DNA of 64,000 bases from an uncultured Acidimicrobiaceae bacterium (lineage in GTDB: Bacteria; Actinomycetota; Acidimicrobiia; Acidimicrobiales; Bog-793), in contig CAVRYE010000007.1 of the NCBI GenBank assembly GCA_963725355.1, positions 12,779-76,778 of the forward strand. The letters run 5' to 3'. The notes under the pieces were generated by a model. That model saw nothing but the letters and a program-made list of their open reading frames with translations. It ran no database searches and was not told where the DNA came from. The position numbers and the translations under genes are program-made. Shown in pieces: positions 20,390 to 30,247 of the stretch (position 1 is its first letter; each line of letters starts with the position of its first letter).

Positions 20390-21004
20390 GTGAGCGACGC
20401 AGCTGTACTGCCGCGCCCGCACAGCCGACAGCACCCGGGGGGGCCTCAAATGCTCGCCGTTGGCGTCGTCGTCTGGCTCGGCTCGGAGTTCATGTTCTTC
20501 AGTGGTCTCTTCGCGGCCTTTTTCACCATCCGCGCCCATAACATGCCGCACTGGCCGCCCGGGGGGACCTTCCCTGCTGGGACCAAGCTCGACACGATCC
20601 AGGCGCTGGTGTTCACAGTCGTCCTGCTCGCCTCGAGCCCTACCTTCCAGCTCGGCGTCTGGGCCCAAGAACGCGGGGAGTACAAGAAGGCACGCAACTG
20701 GATCATCACGAGCTTCGTCCTCGGCGCCGCCTTTCTAGGTAACCAGGCCTACGAGTGGAAGACCCTTCCCTTCCGCGCGCATACCAATGCCTACGGATCG
20801 CTCTTTTACATAATGAGCGGCCTGCACGGCCTGCACGTGCTTTTGGGCCTCGTCGCCATGGTGGCCCTCCTTGGCCGCCTCGCCGGTTCCATCAAAGGTG
20901 GGGACCCGGGCGAGACAGCCGTGTTCCAGGCGGTCAGCTACTACTGGCACTTCGTCGACTTCGTCTGGATAGGGCTCTTCAGCGCCCTGTTCCTACTGTC
21001 GTGA
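20390..21004 (+). CDS. ctaE: Cytochrome c oxidase subunit III
   Basis: VVWLGSEFMFFSGLFAAFF...GNQAYEW...YGSLFYIMSGLHGLHVLLG...SYYWHFVDFVWI. GTG 20390 gives an N-terminus of the usual length. It is divergent from hemE. Confidence 0.85.
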   Translation: MSDAAVLPRPHSRQHPGGPQMLAVGVVVWLGSEFMFFSGLFAAFFTIRAHNMPHWPPGGTFPAGTKLDTIQALVFTVVLLASSPTFQLGVWAQERGEYKKARNWIITSFVLGAAFLGNQAYEWKTLPFRAHTNAYGSLFYIMSGLHGLHVLLGLVAMVALLGRLAGSIKGGDPGETAVFQAVSYYWHFVDFVWIGLFSALFLLS

Positions 21005-21924
21005 CCGCCCACGGTTTTTGGCGGCGCGCTCTTTTGAGCCTGGCGCTCGTTGTTTCGGCCAGCTTCCTCGGCGTGTTCGTGCTCGGAGGCCGTGGTGACT
21101 CCGCGAGGTCGAGCACGGTGGCTGCCGCGAGTCTCACGAGCCAGGACAGCCTGAGCAACGCCGCCCAGCTCGCCGCCGGGCGTACCTTGTTCGTGGAGAA
21201 CTGCTCCAGCTGCCACGGCATCGGCGCCGAGGGAGGCAGGCGGGCCCCGCCCCTTCTTGGTGTGGGGAGCGCGACGGTCGACCTGTGGCTCTCGAGCGGT
21301 TGGATGCCGCTCGCCGAGCCGACCGTCCAACCCGCGCGCAAGCCTGCCAAGTTCGCCCGTCCTCAGGTGCTCGAGATCGTGAAGTACGTGACCTCACTCG
21401 CGCCGGTGACGCCAGGCAACCCATCAATCCCGTTCGGCCTCAACATCTCCAAGGCCGACGTGGCGGAGGGATTCAGTCTCTTTGCGCTCAACTGCGCCCC
21501 CTGCCATACCATCACCGGCGCGGGCGACGCCCTGGCCGACGGGGTCACGGCCCCACCTTTGCACGGAGTGACAAAGACGATGGTCTGGGAGGCCATCCGG
21601 ACCGGGCCAGGCAACATGCCGCGCTTTGGGCCCGGAACGATCTCGCCGGCCCAAGTGGTCGACATCGTCGGCTATGTCGTGAAAGACATCCAACACCCCA
21701 CTAGCCCCGGCGGCCTTTCTCTTGGAGGGGTCGGGCCGGTGGCAGAGGGGTTTGTCGGCTTGTTCGTCGGCGTCGGCCTCGCGTTGTTGGCGGCGCTGTG
21801 GGTTGGCGACCGGAACGAGCCGGAAGAGGACGAGGGCCATGAGGGCCACGACGGCGAAGAGGGCGGCGACGGCCACGCCGAGGGACGGGGCGGGATCCAA
21901 CATGGGGAGCTGGCACATGCCTGA
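21001..21924 (+). CDS. qcrC: Diheme cytochrome c subunit of the bc1 complex
   Basis: Two CxxCH motifs (CSSCH, CAPCH), an N-terminal TM helix and a C-terminal TM anchor. GTGA overlap with the ctaE stop. His/Asp/Glu-rich C-terminal tail. Confidence 0.85.
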   Translation: MTAHGFWRRALLSLALVVSASFLGVFVLGGRGDSARSSTVAAASLTSQDSLSNAAQLAAGRTLFVENCSSCHGIGAEGGRRAPPLLGVGSATVDLWLSSGWMPLAEPTVQPARKPAKFARPQVLEIVKYVTSLAPVTPGNPSIPFGLNISKADVAEGFSLFALNCAPCHTITGAGDALADGVTAPPLHGVTKTMVWEAIRTGPGNMPRFGPGTISPAQVVDIVGYVVKDIQHPTSPGGLSLGGVGPVAEGFVGLFVGVGLALLAALWVGDRNEPEEDEGHEGHDGEEGGDGHAEGRGGIQHGELAHA

Positions 21925-22903
21925 GAACGTCGACGGCACCGCAGGGGTATCGAAAAACCCCGACGAGAACCGGCGGGTGAGGATCCCCGTCAGCTCCGCG
22001 CGTCCGGAGGCGCCGCAATTCCAGGTAGCGGCGAAGAACCCGCGCAGGGCCGAGATGGTCGCCGTCTCCGGCTTTCTGCTCGCCGCCGCCGGCTTTGCCG
22101 GTTTTGGAGCCTGCTACTGGCAGAACTACTCGAACTTCTGGCTCGCGATCACTTTCGCCGTTGGTTTCGGCGGCCTCGGCTACGGGCTGGTGGTCTGGGG
22201 CAAGTACCTGATGCCGCAGGGGCCCTTCGAGGAGGCCCGCCACAACCTGGCTCCGAGCCCGACAGAGCGCGAAGTATTCGTCGAGGACTTCGCGAGCCGC
22301 GGCAAGGTGGCAGTCGAGCGCCGCAGCCTGCTCGTCAAGACGCTCGGGCTTGCTTCCGGCGTCCTCGGGGTCGTGCTCGCGTTCCCTCTGCTGCGCTCGC
22401 TCGGGCCGCTGCCGAAGACAACTTTGCGCAAGACAGCCTGGCGCAAGGGGGCATATCTAGTCGACGTAACGGGTCGCAAAATCAGGCCGGCCGACATTGA
22501 GGCGGGGGGGTTCATCACGGTCTTCCCGCCTGACGACGTCGGGGGCGCCTACTCCCAGACAATGCTCATTCACGTCAACAACCAACCCGGCTACTTGACG
22601 CCCCCGCCCCAGTTCGCCAAGCAGCGCGCGACCTGGGCTCCGCAGGGATTCATCGCGTTCTCGAAGGTGTGCACGCACGCCGGCTGCCCAGTCGGGCTTT
22701 ACCAAGAGCTAACCGAGAAGATGCTCTGCCCTTGCCACCAGTCGCTGTTTGACGTGCGCGACGCCGCCATCCCGGTCTTCGGGCCGGCACCGCGGCCATT
22801 GCCCCAACTCCCGCTCTATATCGACGAAGAGGGCTACTTCCGCGCTCAGGACGGTTATGACGAGCCCGTAGGCCCCGGGTACTGGGAGCGGGGCAATGGT
22901 TGA
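21917..22903 (+). CDS. qcrA: Rieske 2Fe-2S subunit of the bc1 complex
   Basis: Rieske boxes CTHAGCP and CPCHQSLF, plus N-terminal TM helices. Start is ATG 21917 or 21902, overlapping the qcrC end. Confidence 0.85.
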   Translation: MPENVDGTAGVSKNPDENRRVRIPVSSARPEAPQFQVAAKNPRRAEMVAVSGFLLAAAGFAGFGACYWQNYSNFWLAITFAVGFGGLGYGLVVWGKYLMPQGPFEEARHNLAPSPTEREVFVEDFASRGKVAVERRSLLVKTLGLASGVLGVVLAFPLLRSLGPLPKTTLRKTAWRKGAYLVDVTGRKIRPADIEAGGFITVFPPDDVGGAYSQTMLIHVNNQPGYLTPPPQFAKQRATWAPQGFIAFSKVCTHAGCPVGLYQELTEKMLCPCHQSLFDVRDAAIPVFGPAPRPLPQLPLYIDEEGYFRAQDGYDEPVGPGYWERGNG

Positions 22904-24488
22904 CGCACTTTTCAACTGGTTCGACGTCCGACTAGGTATCTCGGGCTCGGGCCGCAAGCTTGTCAACAAGATCTTCCCGGACCACTGGTCGTTCATGATT
23001 GGCGAGATCGCTCTCTACTCGTTCATCGTGCTCCTCGGCACGGGCGTCTTCCTCACGTTGTACTTTGTGCCCTCCAGCAAAGACGTGATCTACGAGGGCT
23101 CCTACGCGCCTCTTCGCGGTCAGCCGGTCTCGGAGGCCTTCGCCTCGACACTCAACTTGAGCTTTGCTGTCCGGGGCGGGCTCCTCATGCGCCAGATGCA
23201 CCACTGGGCGGCAAATATCTTCGTCGGCTCGATCGTGGTCCACATGCTGCGCGTCTTTTTCACCGGGGCGTTCCGCAAACCCCGCGAGCTGAACTGGATC
23301 ATCGGCTCGACGATGCTCATTCTCGCGATATTCAACGGCTTCCTCGGCTACTCGCTGCCTGACGACCTTGTCTCGGGGACGGGCATCCGGATCTCCTTCT
23401 CGATTGTGGAGTCGATCCCGCTCATTGGCAGCTACATGGCCTTCTTCCTCTTCGGCGGCAATTTCCCCGGCAACTCCATCATCCCGAGGTTCTTCATCCT
23501 CCACGTGCTCATCCTCCCGGCGGTGATCGTCGGGCTCTTATCGGCTCACCTTGGCTTGCTCGTGCGCCAGAAGCACACCCAGTTCCCTGGGCGCAACAAG
23601 ACCGAGCGCAATGTGGTCGGGGCACCCCTGTGGCCCAATTTCGCCGCCAAGTCGGGCGGTTTCATGCTTCTCACGGTGGCGGTTACAGCCCTTTTGAGTG
23701 CGCTGTTCCAGATCAACCCGATCTGGCTGTACGGGCCCTACGTGCCCTACAAGGTGAGCTATGCCGTGCAGCCGGACTGGTACATGGGCTGGCTCGACGG
23801 GGCGTTACGCATCATGCCGAGCTGGGAGATCGTCGGATTCGGGCACATGATCCCGAACGTCTTCTTCCCGGCCATATTGCTGCCTGGCATCACTTTCGGG
23901 GTCCTGCAGATGTGGCCGTTCATTGAGGCGAGGCTGACCCATGACAACGCAGATCATCAGCTGCTAGACCGCCCCAGGGACCGTCCGAAACGCACGGCGT
24001 TTGGCGCCGCGACCTTCGCCTTTTACTTCGTGCTGTTCGGGGCGAGCGCCACAGACGTGCTCGCGAACTACCTGTCGATCTCGCTCAACGTTGTGCTGAC
24101 GTCCTTCCGATATCTGGCGGTGCTGGTTCCCCTCGTCGTGTACCCAGTCACCTATCAGATCTGCAAGGAGCTTCAGCGTGTCCCGAGCGCAGGCCAGCGA
24201 AAGCGAGCCAACGTCATCCTGCGGTCGTCCGAGGGCGGTTACTCGACCGTGCTGTCTGAGCCCCGCCCTGGCGATGTCGTCGTCCACAATGATCCTTTGG
24301 CCCTGGATGAGGACATCGAGCTTGTTCCGGTGATGGCGGGCGTCCTCGTTATGGCAGACGGTGACTCGGGTCCCGACACCCAAACGGCCGACAGCGCGGC
24401 CGGTGATGGTTCCGCGCTGGCTGCCAGCGTTCAGCCCGCCCACGCGCCTCGGAGGGGCATCTTTCGGATTCCCCGCGACTATCGCTGA
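22896..24488 (+). CDS. qcrB: Cytochrome b subunit of the bc1 complex
   Basis: FPDHWSFMIGEIALYSF...RQMHHWAANIF...HVLILPAVIV...; 530 aa with an extended C-terminus, as in actinobacterial QcrB. ATG 22896 overlaps the qcrA end. Confidence 0.9.
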   Translation: MVDALFNWFDVRLGISGSGRKLVNKIFPDHWSFMIGEIALYSFIVLLGTGVFLTLYFVPSSKDVIYEGSYAPLRGQPVSEAFASTLNLSFAVRGGLLMRQMHHWAANIFVGSIVVHMLRVFFTGAFRKPRELNWIIGSTMLILAIFNGFLGYSLPDDLVSGTGIRISFSIVESIPLIGSYMAFFLFGGNFPGNSIIPRFFILHVLILPAVIVGLLSAHLGLLVRQKHTQFPGRNKTERNVVGAPLWPNFAAKSGGFMLLTVAVTALLSALFQINPIWLYGPYVPYKVSYAVQPDWYMGWLDGALRIMPSWEIVGFGHMIPNVFFPAILLPGITFGVLQMWPFIEARLTHDNADHQLLDRPRDRPKRTAFGAATFAFYFVLFGASATDVLANYLSISLNVVLTSFRYLAVLVPLVVYPVTYQICKELQRVPSAGQRKRANVILRSSEGGYSTVLSEPRPGDVVVHNDPLALDEDIELVPVMAGVLVMADGDSGPDTQTADSAAGDGSALAASVQPAHAPRRGIFRIPRDYR

Positions 24489-24802
24489 GCGGTACATGTC
24501 CTCACCGCGACGAGATGCCTGGCACGGTGACGAACCGGTGTGACGGGACGAGCCGCACGAGAATACGAGAGATTCGCTCCAGTTTCAGGCGACCGACGGC
24601 CTCGCCGTAGGTTGTCTGCCTCATGTCATTCCCCCCGCTCTTGTCTCGGTCGCTCGCTGAGCGCCGGTGAGGAGCAGTGAAAGAGTTCGCTCATGATCCC
24701 TCACTGATTTCATGGAGGTGTCCCTTGGTCGGTGCTGTGGATGGCAGACACCGCCACGGTCACTGACCGAGGGGCACTTCTGGTGCATGCTCAGTGAGGG
24801 GC

Positions 24803-24923
24803 GGGGACTTCTCCTGGCCACCAGTGGGGACTTTTCGTGGCCACCAGCGGGGACGTCATCTGGCCACCAGCGGGGACTTTCTCATGGCCACGGACACAGG
24901 AGAGGCGATTCACCTGGTGGCCA
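24803..24923. repeat. Four head-to-tail 23-24 bp repeats (GGGGACnnnnnnTGGCCACCAGy) plus one inverted half-site
   Basis: Direct copies at 24803-24825, 24826-24848, 24849-24871 and 24872-24895. CTGGTGGCCA at 24914-24923 is the reverse complement of the TGGCCACCAG core. The core GTGGCCAC is itself palindromic. The array lies in non-coding DNA between qcrB and tRNA-Thr. Confidence 0.7.
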
Positions 24924-25130
24924 TTGACAGCTGCTTTGCCGTACGGGCCGGCACTCCAGCTCTGACACGACGATTCTGCGTGTGATCGGCACGGGGAGCC
25001 AGCACTGCACCTTGCGACTCCACCTGAAAGTAGGAGAGCCGGGCCGGACTGGTGGCTCATCGTGGCCGTGATAGCGCGGGTGGGTGCGAGCCGAGCGAAG
25101 ATAAGTCCAGGTGAACCGGGAATCTCGTCG

Positions 25131-25187
25131 AGCCGGTGGTGGTGTGTGAGAGTGAGAGGTGAGAGTGAGACTGAGAGCCGGTGGTGG
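25131..25187. repeat. Two extra copies of the tRNA-Thr 3' end (AGCCGGTGGTGG) separated by a TGAGAG-type microsatellite
   Basis: AGCCGGTGGTGG occurs at 25131-25142, 25176-25187 and 25201-25212. The last copy is the acceptor/T-stem of the tRNA itself. Between them lies gtgtgagagtgagaggtgagagtgagactgag. Confidence 0.7.
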
Positions 25188-25200
25188 TGAGAGAGGAGAG

Positions 25201-25273
25201 AGCCGGTGGTGGGACTCGAACCCACGACCTGACGATTACAAGTCGCCTGCGCTTCCAGCTGCGCCACACCGGC
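25201..25273 (-). tRNA. tRNA-Thr (anticodon UGU)
   Basis: The reverse complement folds by hand into a 73-nt cloverleaf: GCCGGTG/TG/GCGC-AGCTGGAA-GCGC/A/GGCGA-CTTGTAA-TCGTC/AGGTC/GTGGG-TTCGAGT-CCCAC/CACCGGC/T. No CCA is encoded. Confidence 0.9.
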
Positions 25274-25318
25274 CTTGTCGTGAGCTTGGCACCGACTCGT
25301 GTCGATGACCAGCTCCGG

Positions 25319-26161
25319 TCAGCCCCCGCCCACGCCTGAACCCGTCCCAGTCCCGTCGGGCGGGAGGATCCGGATACCTTCCGTGTCGTCGGCCGGCACG
25401 ACTCTATCGGTCGCGGTTTGCTCCGAGGGCAGGATTCGGATGGTGTTCGCCTGCCCACGTGGGTGGGCCCGCACGGAGCCAACCTCCTCCGGCGGAAGGA
25501 TACGGACCGCGCCGCTCTCGCCGACGAGCTGCGGGCGCGCAGCGGGCCCCGGGCCGACGGAACGGTGGTGACCTCCTCCGACGAGGAACTTGAGGGGTGA
25601 GCGCGCTATCCCGTGGGCCAGGTCACGCAGCGAGCCGATGGCGAAGGGGTAGAGCACGAGGGTGACAAGTGACCCTAGAAGCAGCCCGCCAAGGGCGTCG
25701 CCGGGATAGGCCGTGCCCGCATAGACGACGGCGAAGGCGACGAGGAGAGCGACCAGCGTGGCGGCCGCTGCCACGAGCCTCGCCCGGCTCAGCCAGAGAC
25801 CAGCAGCGAGCGCGCCAGCTATCACCGTGTGCTCGTTGGGGAAGCTGAACCCACTTGGCCTGCCGATCAGCACGACAGCCTGTGGCATCGTCGTGAAGGG
25901 GCGGGCGCGGCCTACCAGATGGACGACTGGCAGGGACACGGCTGCGGCGAGTGCGGTCCCGATCGCCGCCCAGACCAGGGCGGCGATCTGATCGATGTCG
26001 GACCCCCCGAAACCGGTCATCCGCGCCCGTGCCAATGCGAAGGCCACGAAGGCGAGGAGGATAAAGAGGGCGTAAGGGCGCGCGAGGAAGGCGAGCGTGC
26101 TGTGAGCCCACGCCGTTCGCGCGGCGAGACGGTTGACGTCGAGATAGAAGCGTCTGTCCAT
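25319..26161 (-). CDS. PAP2-superfamily-like membrane protein with a divergent active site and a C-terminal RILP-repeat tail
   Basis: Six TM helices and PAP2-like blocks (VGRARPF, FSFPNEHT), but the third block reads VVYAGTAYPGD rather than SR..G.H...D. The tail carries AVRILPPEE, TIRILPSEQ and GIRILPPDG. ATG 26161 is chosen; the upstream ORF part is not protein-like. Confidence 0.65.
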   Translation of the reverse strand: MDRRFYLDVNRLAARTAWAHSTLAFLARPYALFILLAFVAFALARARMTGFGGSDIDQIAALVWAAIGTALAAAVSLPVVHLVGRARPFTTMPQAVVLIGRPSGFSFPNEHTVIAGALAAGLWLSRARLVAAAATLVALLVAFAVVYAGTAYPGDALGGLLLGSLVTLVLYPFAIGSLRDLAHGIARSPLKFLVGGGHHRSVGPGPAARPQLVGESGAVRILPPEEVGSVRAHPRGQANTIRILPSEQTATDRVVPADDTEGIRILPPDGTGTGSGVGGG

Positions 26162-26304
26162 CTGCTGGACTCCCGAGGCCACCTGGCACCTCGCCGGAGT
26201 GGCGAGATGACCAAAAGGGTATCCACAGAGTCGCACCAGCGGTAGCTGGTTCGATAAAGTATCCCCCGGGCTTCCTCTGGGGGTCGCGTCAAGGCAACCC
26301 GTGA

Positions 26305-27603
<1,299 letters not shown>

Positions 27604-27705
27604 ACAGCTCGGTCGCACGGCCGATCCTGGCCCCACGGGGGACGAGAGCGTCCGCCCTGGTGGGGCTCCAGGGTTCCCGCCGGCACACGCGTTAGCTTTT
27701 CGGCG

Positions 27706-28956
27706 ATGACTGCAGGTTGGCGACGGGGGTCTATCTCGTCTGGGCGTCGCTGGACTGTTCGCAGCGTGGTCGTGGTCGTCGCCGTCGTCGTGCTGGCGGT
27801 CATCATCGCCGAGGTCGCGGCGGACGTGGTCAACTCGGGCAGCGTCGCGGACCGGGTTGAGGCGCAGACATACGTCACCGAGGTGATCCCGGTGGTCGAC
27901 GAGTCCGTGACGCTCGCTGCCACGATGCACATCGTGCGCGATGGTGGTGCCTCGCTCGACAGGACGAGCCTTGAACGTGCCCTCGGCGACCTTGTCGAAG
28001 GGACCTCGGAGAACTTTGCCCAGCTAGGGACCTTGGGCGTCCCGGCACCCAGGCTGCGCTCAGGCCAGCTCCTCGCAGCCACGCTCGAGGCGCGCGCCCA
28101 GGGTTCGCGCGACCTCGCGGGGGCGATCGCTCTCGCCATTGGCCCGTACCCGGGCTCCCGCTCTCTCGCCGAAGCCGCCTCAGGCGTCGTGCGGGCAGGC
28201 AGGGAGCTCGTGGCCGCGGACGGCGATTACCGACTCTTCGTGCGCTCGCTGCCACGCTCGAGCGGACGAAGACGCCTTCCCGCCTCGGTATGGGTGCTCG
28301 ACCCGGCCGCATGGTCCAAGACGCCGGCGGCATCTTTCGTGACCGAATTGGCGGGATCGGCCAGCCTTCGCCTCCAAGACAAGCTCGTGATCGTCGCTCT
28401 CACAGTGCAACCGCCGGTGGTGCGAATTAACGGGCTGCCGACGACAACGACGCTCCCCGTCACGACCACGAGCACCTCGACATCGACGACGACCTTGACG
28501 ACACTCCCAGGGGTGACGAGGCCCTCTACGACCACTTCAACTTCGACGTCGACCACCACCTCCACCTCGACGACGACCACGCTGCAGGTCCCGCCGCCCG
28601 GGTCGACCTCGGTTTTGCCCCCGACAGGACGACTCTCGGTCGTGCTCGTAGTCGCTAATGCCGGCAACGCGGAGATCTCGGCTATTTGGGCTGCCGCTTC
28701 TGTCGTGCCCGTGGCACCGGCGCGAGGTGGCCCGGGCTCTTTCGGGCGGACGCGGTCGACTGCGGTCCGGGTGGGTCGTCTGGCGCCGGGCGCGTCGATC
28801 GTGATCACGCTGCCCGCGCTCGCCGTCTCGGCTGGTCGCTCCTACACGTTGTGGGCCTCGGTCGGGCGTGGCTTGCTTCCGCGTAGCCCGGTGACAGCAC
28901 CGCCGAGCGGCGTGGGCCAGACCGATCAGGTGAGCATCAGGGTCGCATCGGGGTGA
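27706..28956 (+). CDS. Membrane-anchored extracytoplasmic protein with a Thr/Ser-rich linker
   Basis: N-terminal Arg-rich segment plus one TM helix (VVVVVAVVVLAVIIA), a ~230 aa domain, then TTTTLPVTTTSTSTSTTTLTTLPGVTRPSTTTSTSTSTTTSTSTTTT. The C-terminus is a beta-rich domain (VVLVVANAGNAEIS...). Confidence 0.6.
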   Translation: MTAGWRRGSISSGRRWTVRSVVVVVAVVVLAVIIAEVAADVVNSGSVADRVEAQTYVTEVIPVVDESVTLAATMHIVRDGGASLDRTSLERALGDLVEGTSENFAQLGTLGVPAPRLRSGQLLAATLEARAQGSRDLAGAIALAIGPYPGSRSLAEAASGVVRAGRELVAADGDYRLFVRSLPRSSGRRRLPASVWVLDPAAWSKTPAASFVTELAGSASLRLQDKLVIVALTVQPPVVRINGLPTTTTLPVTTTSTSTSTTTLTTLPGVTRPSTTTSTSTSTTTSTSTTTTLQVPPPGSTSVLPPTGRLSVVLVVANAGNAEISAIWAAASVVPVAPARGGPGSFGRTRSTAVRVGRLAPGASIVITLPALAVSAGRSYTLWASVGRGLLPRSPVTAPPSGVGQTDQVSIRVASG

Positions 28957-30226
28957 TCGGCGCCGTCCCAGGTTCGCTCGGCGGAGGCGTCTCGGTTGTC
29001 CCGGCCGGTTCCTTCCAGGCAGCCTCGGCGCGCGTCACGACCTCGCGCAGGGGGGCTCCGGTGATCTCAGCGACGCGTGCGACATCAGCCCGCTCGGCCC
29101 GGACGCGTCCAGGGCTCACCTGCACCCGTACCCGATGGCCGTCGACGTCGACTGCTGGTTGGCCGTCTTCGGCGGAAAAGAGCTCGACCGGGCACACCGT
29201 CACGGTGGTCACCCCCAGGTCCTCTTTGAGTCGCTGGCGGATGTCCCCGACGAGGACGGGATCGCAGACAAGGTTTACGACAAAGCCAGGTTCACCGCTC
29301 TCAGAGTGCACGGGCGACATGAAGACGTCGAGGGCACCCTCGTCAACCAGCGCTTGGAGCGCATGGTGGATCGCGTCACGGGCGAGGTCGGCGAGTCTGG
29401 CCTCGAGCTTGACGAGCTGCTGGCCGAATGGGGATGCAGCGGCGGAGTCGGCGCGCCGGCCGATGACAACCTGGGTGCAGTTCGGAGCTTCGTCGAGATC
29501 ACGGGCGCCGGCGCCGTAGCCGGCCGACTCGATCGTCATGGCCGGCATAGGTCCGAAGGCGGAACCCCAGGCTGCAAGCATGGCCGCCCCCGTCGGGGTC
29601 GTTAATTCAACTCCTGTGTCGCGGCCGTGGGTTGGGATCCCCTCAAGCAGCTCCACGACAGCCGGACCTGGATTCGGCACGAGCCCGTGGGGCGTGCGCA
29701 CCATGCCGCGCCCGGTCGCCACCGAGCTTGCCGAGACCGTTCTCACGCCTAGCAACTCGAGGGCGGAGGCGGTGCCGACGACTTCGACGATGGTGTCGTG
29801 ACCACCAAGCTCGTGGAAATGCACCTGCGAAGTCGGACGTCGGTGAAGACGACCTTCGACAGAGGCGAGAAGAGAGAACGCGGCCGCCGACCTCTCGCGG
29901 ACACGGACCGGAAGGCGGGCCTCCTCCAGTATCGCCATGACGTGGGGGAAGGTCCTGACGACGGCGTCGTCGCGGACTCTCACGACCGCCCGCGTGGCGG
30001 CTATGCCCCCGCGCCACACTGTTTCGAAGCTGAGCGACCAGCCGTCGATGGGAAGCCTCTCGACCATGTGCTCGAGCTCAGAGGGATCGGCGCCGGCGTC
30101 GACGAGGCTGCCGAGCGCCATGTCCCCAGCGATGCCTGAAAAACAGTGAAACCAGGCAATCCGACCTCGCTTGTCGTCGCGCGACCTCTGGCTCCCGGCC
30201 GCCCCCCTGATTTCGAGCTCGTCCAT
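28937..30226 (-). CDS. larC: LarC-family (DUF111) nickel-insertion protein
   Basis: IAWFHCFSGIAGDMALGSLVDAGAD...HFHELGGHDTIVEVVG...GVELTTPTGAAMLAA...AGYGAG.RD. ATG 30226 is the only in-frame canonical start close to the conserved N-terminus. The 3' end overlaps the convergent upstream gene by 20 nt. Confidence 0.8.
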   Translation of the reverse strand: MDELEIRGAAGSQRSRDDKRGRIAWFHCFSGIAGDMALGSLVDAGADPSELEHMVERLPIDGWSLSFETVWRGGIAATRAVVRVRDDAVVRTFPHVMAILEEARLPVRVRERSAAAFSLLASVEGRLHRRPTSQVHFHELGGHDTIVEVVGTASALELLGVRTVSASSVATGRGMVRTPHGLVPNPGPAVVELLEGIPTHGRDTGVELTTPTGAAMLAAWGSAFGPMPAMTIESAGYGAGARDLDEAPNCTQVVIGRRADSAAASPFGQQLVKLEARLADLARDAIHHALQALVDEGALDVFMSPVHSESGEPGFVVNLVCDPVLVGDIRQRLKEDLGVTTVTVCPVELFSAEDGQPAVDVDGHRVRVQVSPGRVRAERADVARVAEITGAPLREVVTRAEAAWKEPAGTTETPPPSEPGTAPITPMRP

Positions 30227-30247
30227 CGGTGTCACTATCCTGCCCTC

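Noticed and set aside
24803-24895. The 23-bp repeat array as a possible CRISPR array
   Set aside because: The units are contiguous with no spacers. There are only four copies, they are shorter than typical CRISPR repeats, and no cas genes are in the window.
28440-28570. Thr/Ser-coding stretch as a DNA tandem repeat or VNTR
   Set aside because: It is codon-level ACS/TCS low complexity without a fixed repeat unit. It is explained by the Thr/Ser-rich linker of the protein.
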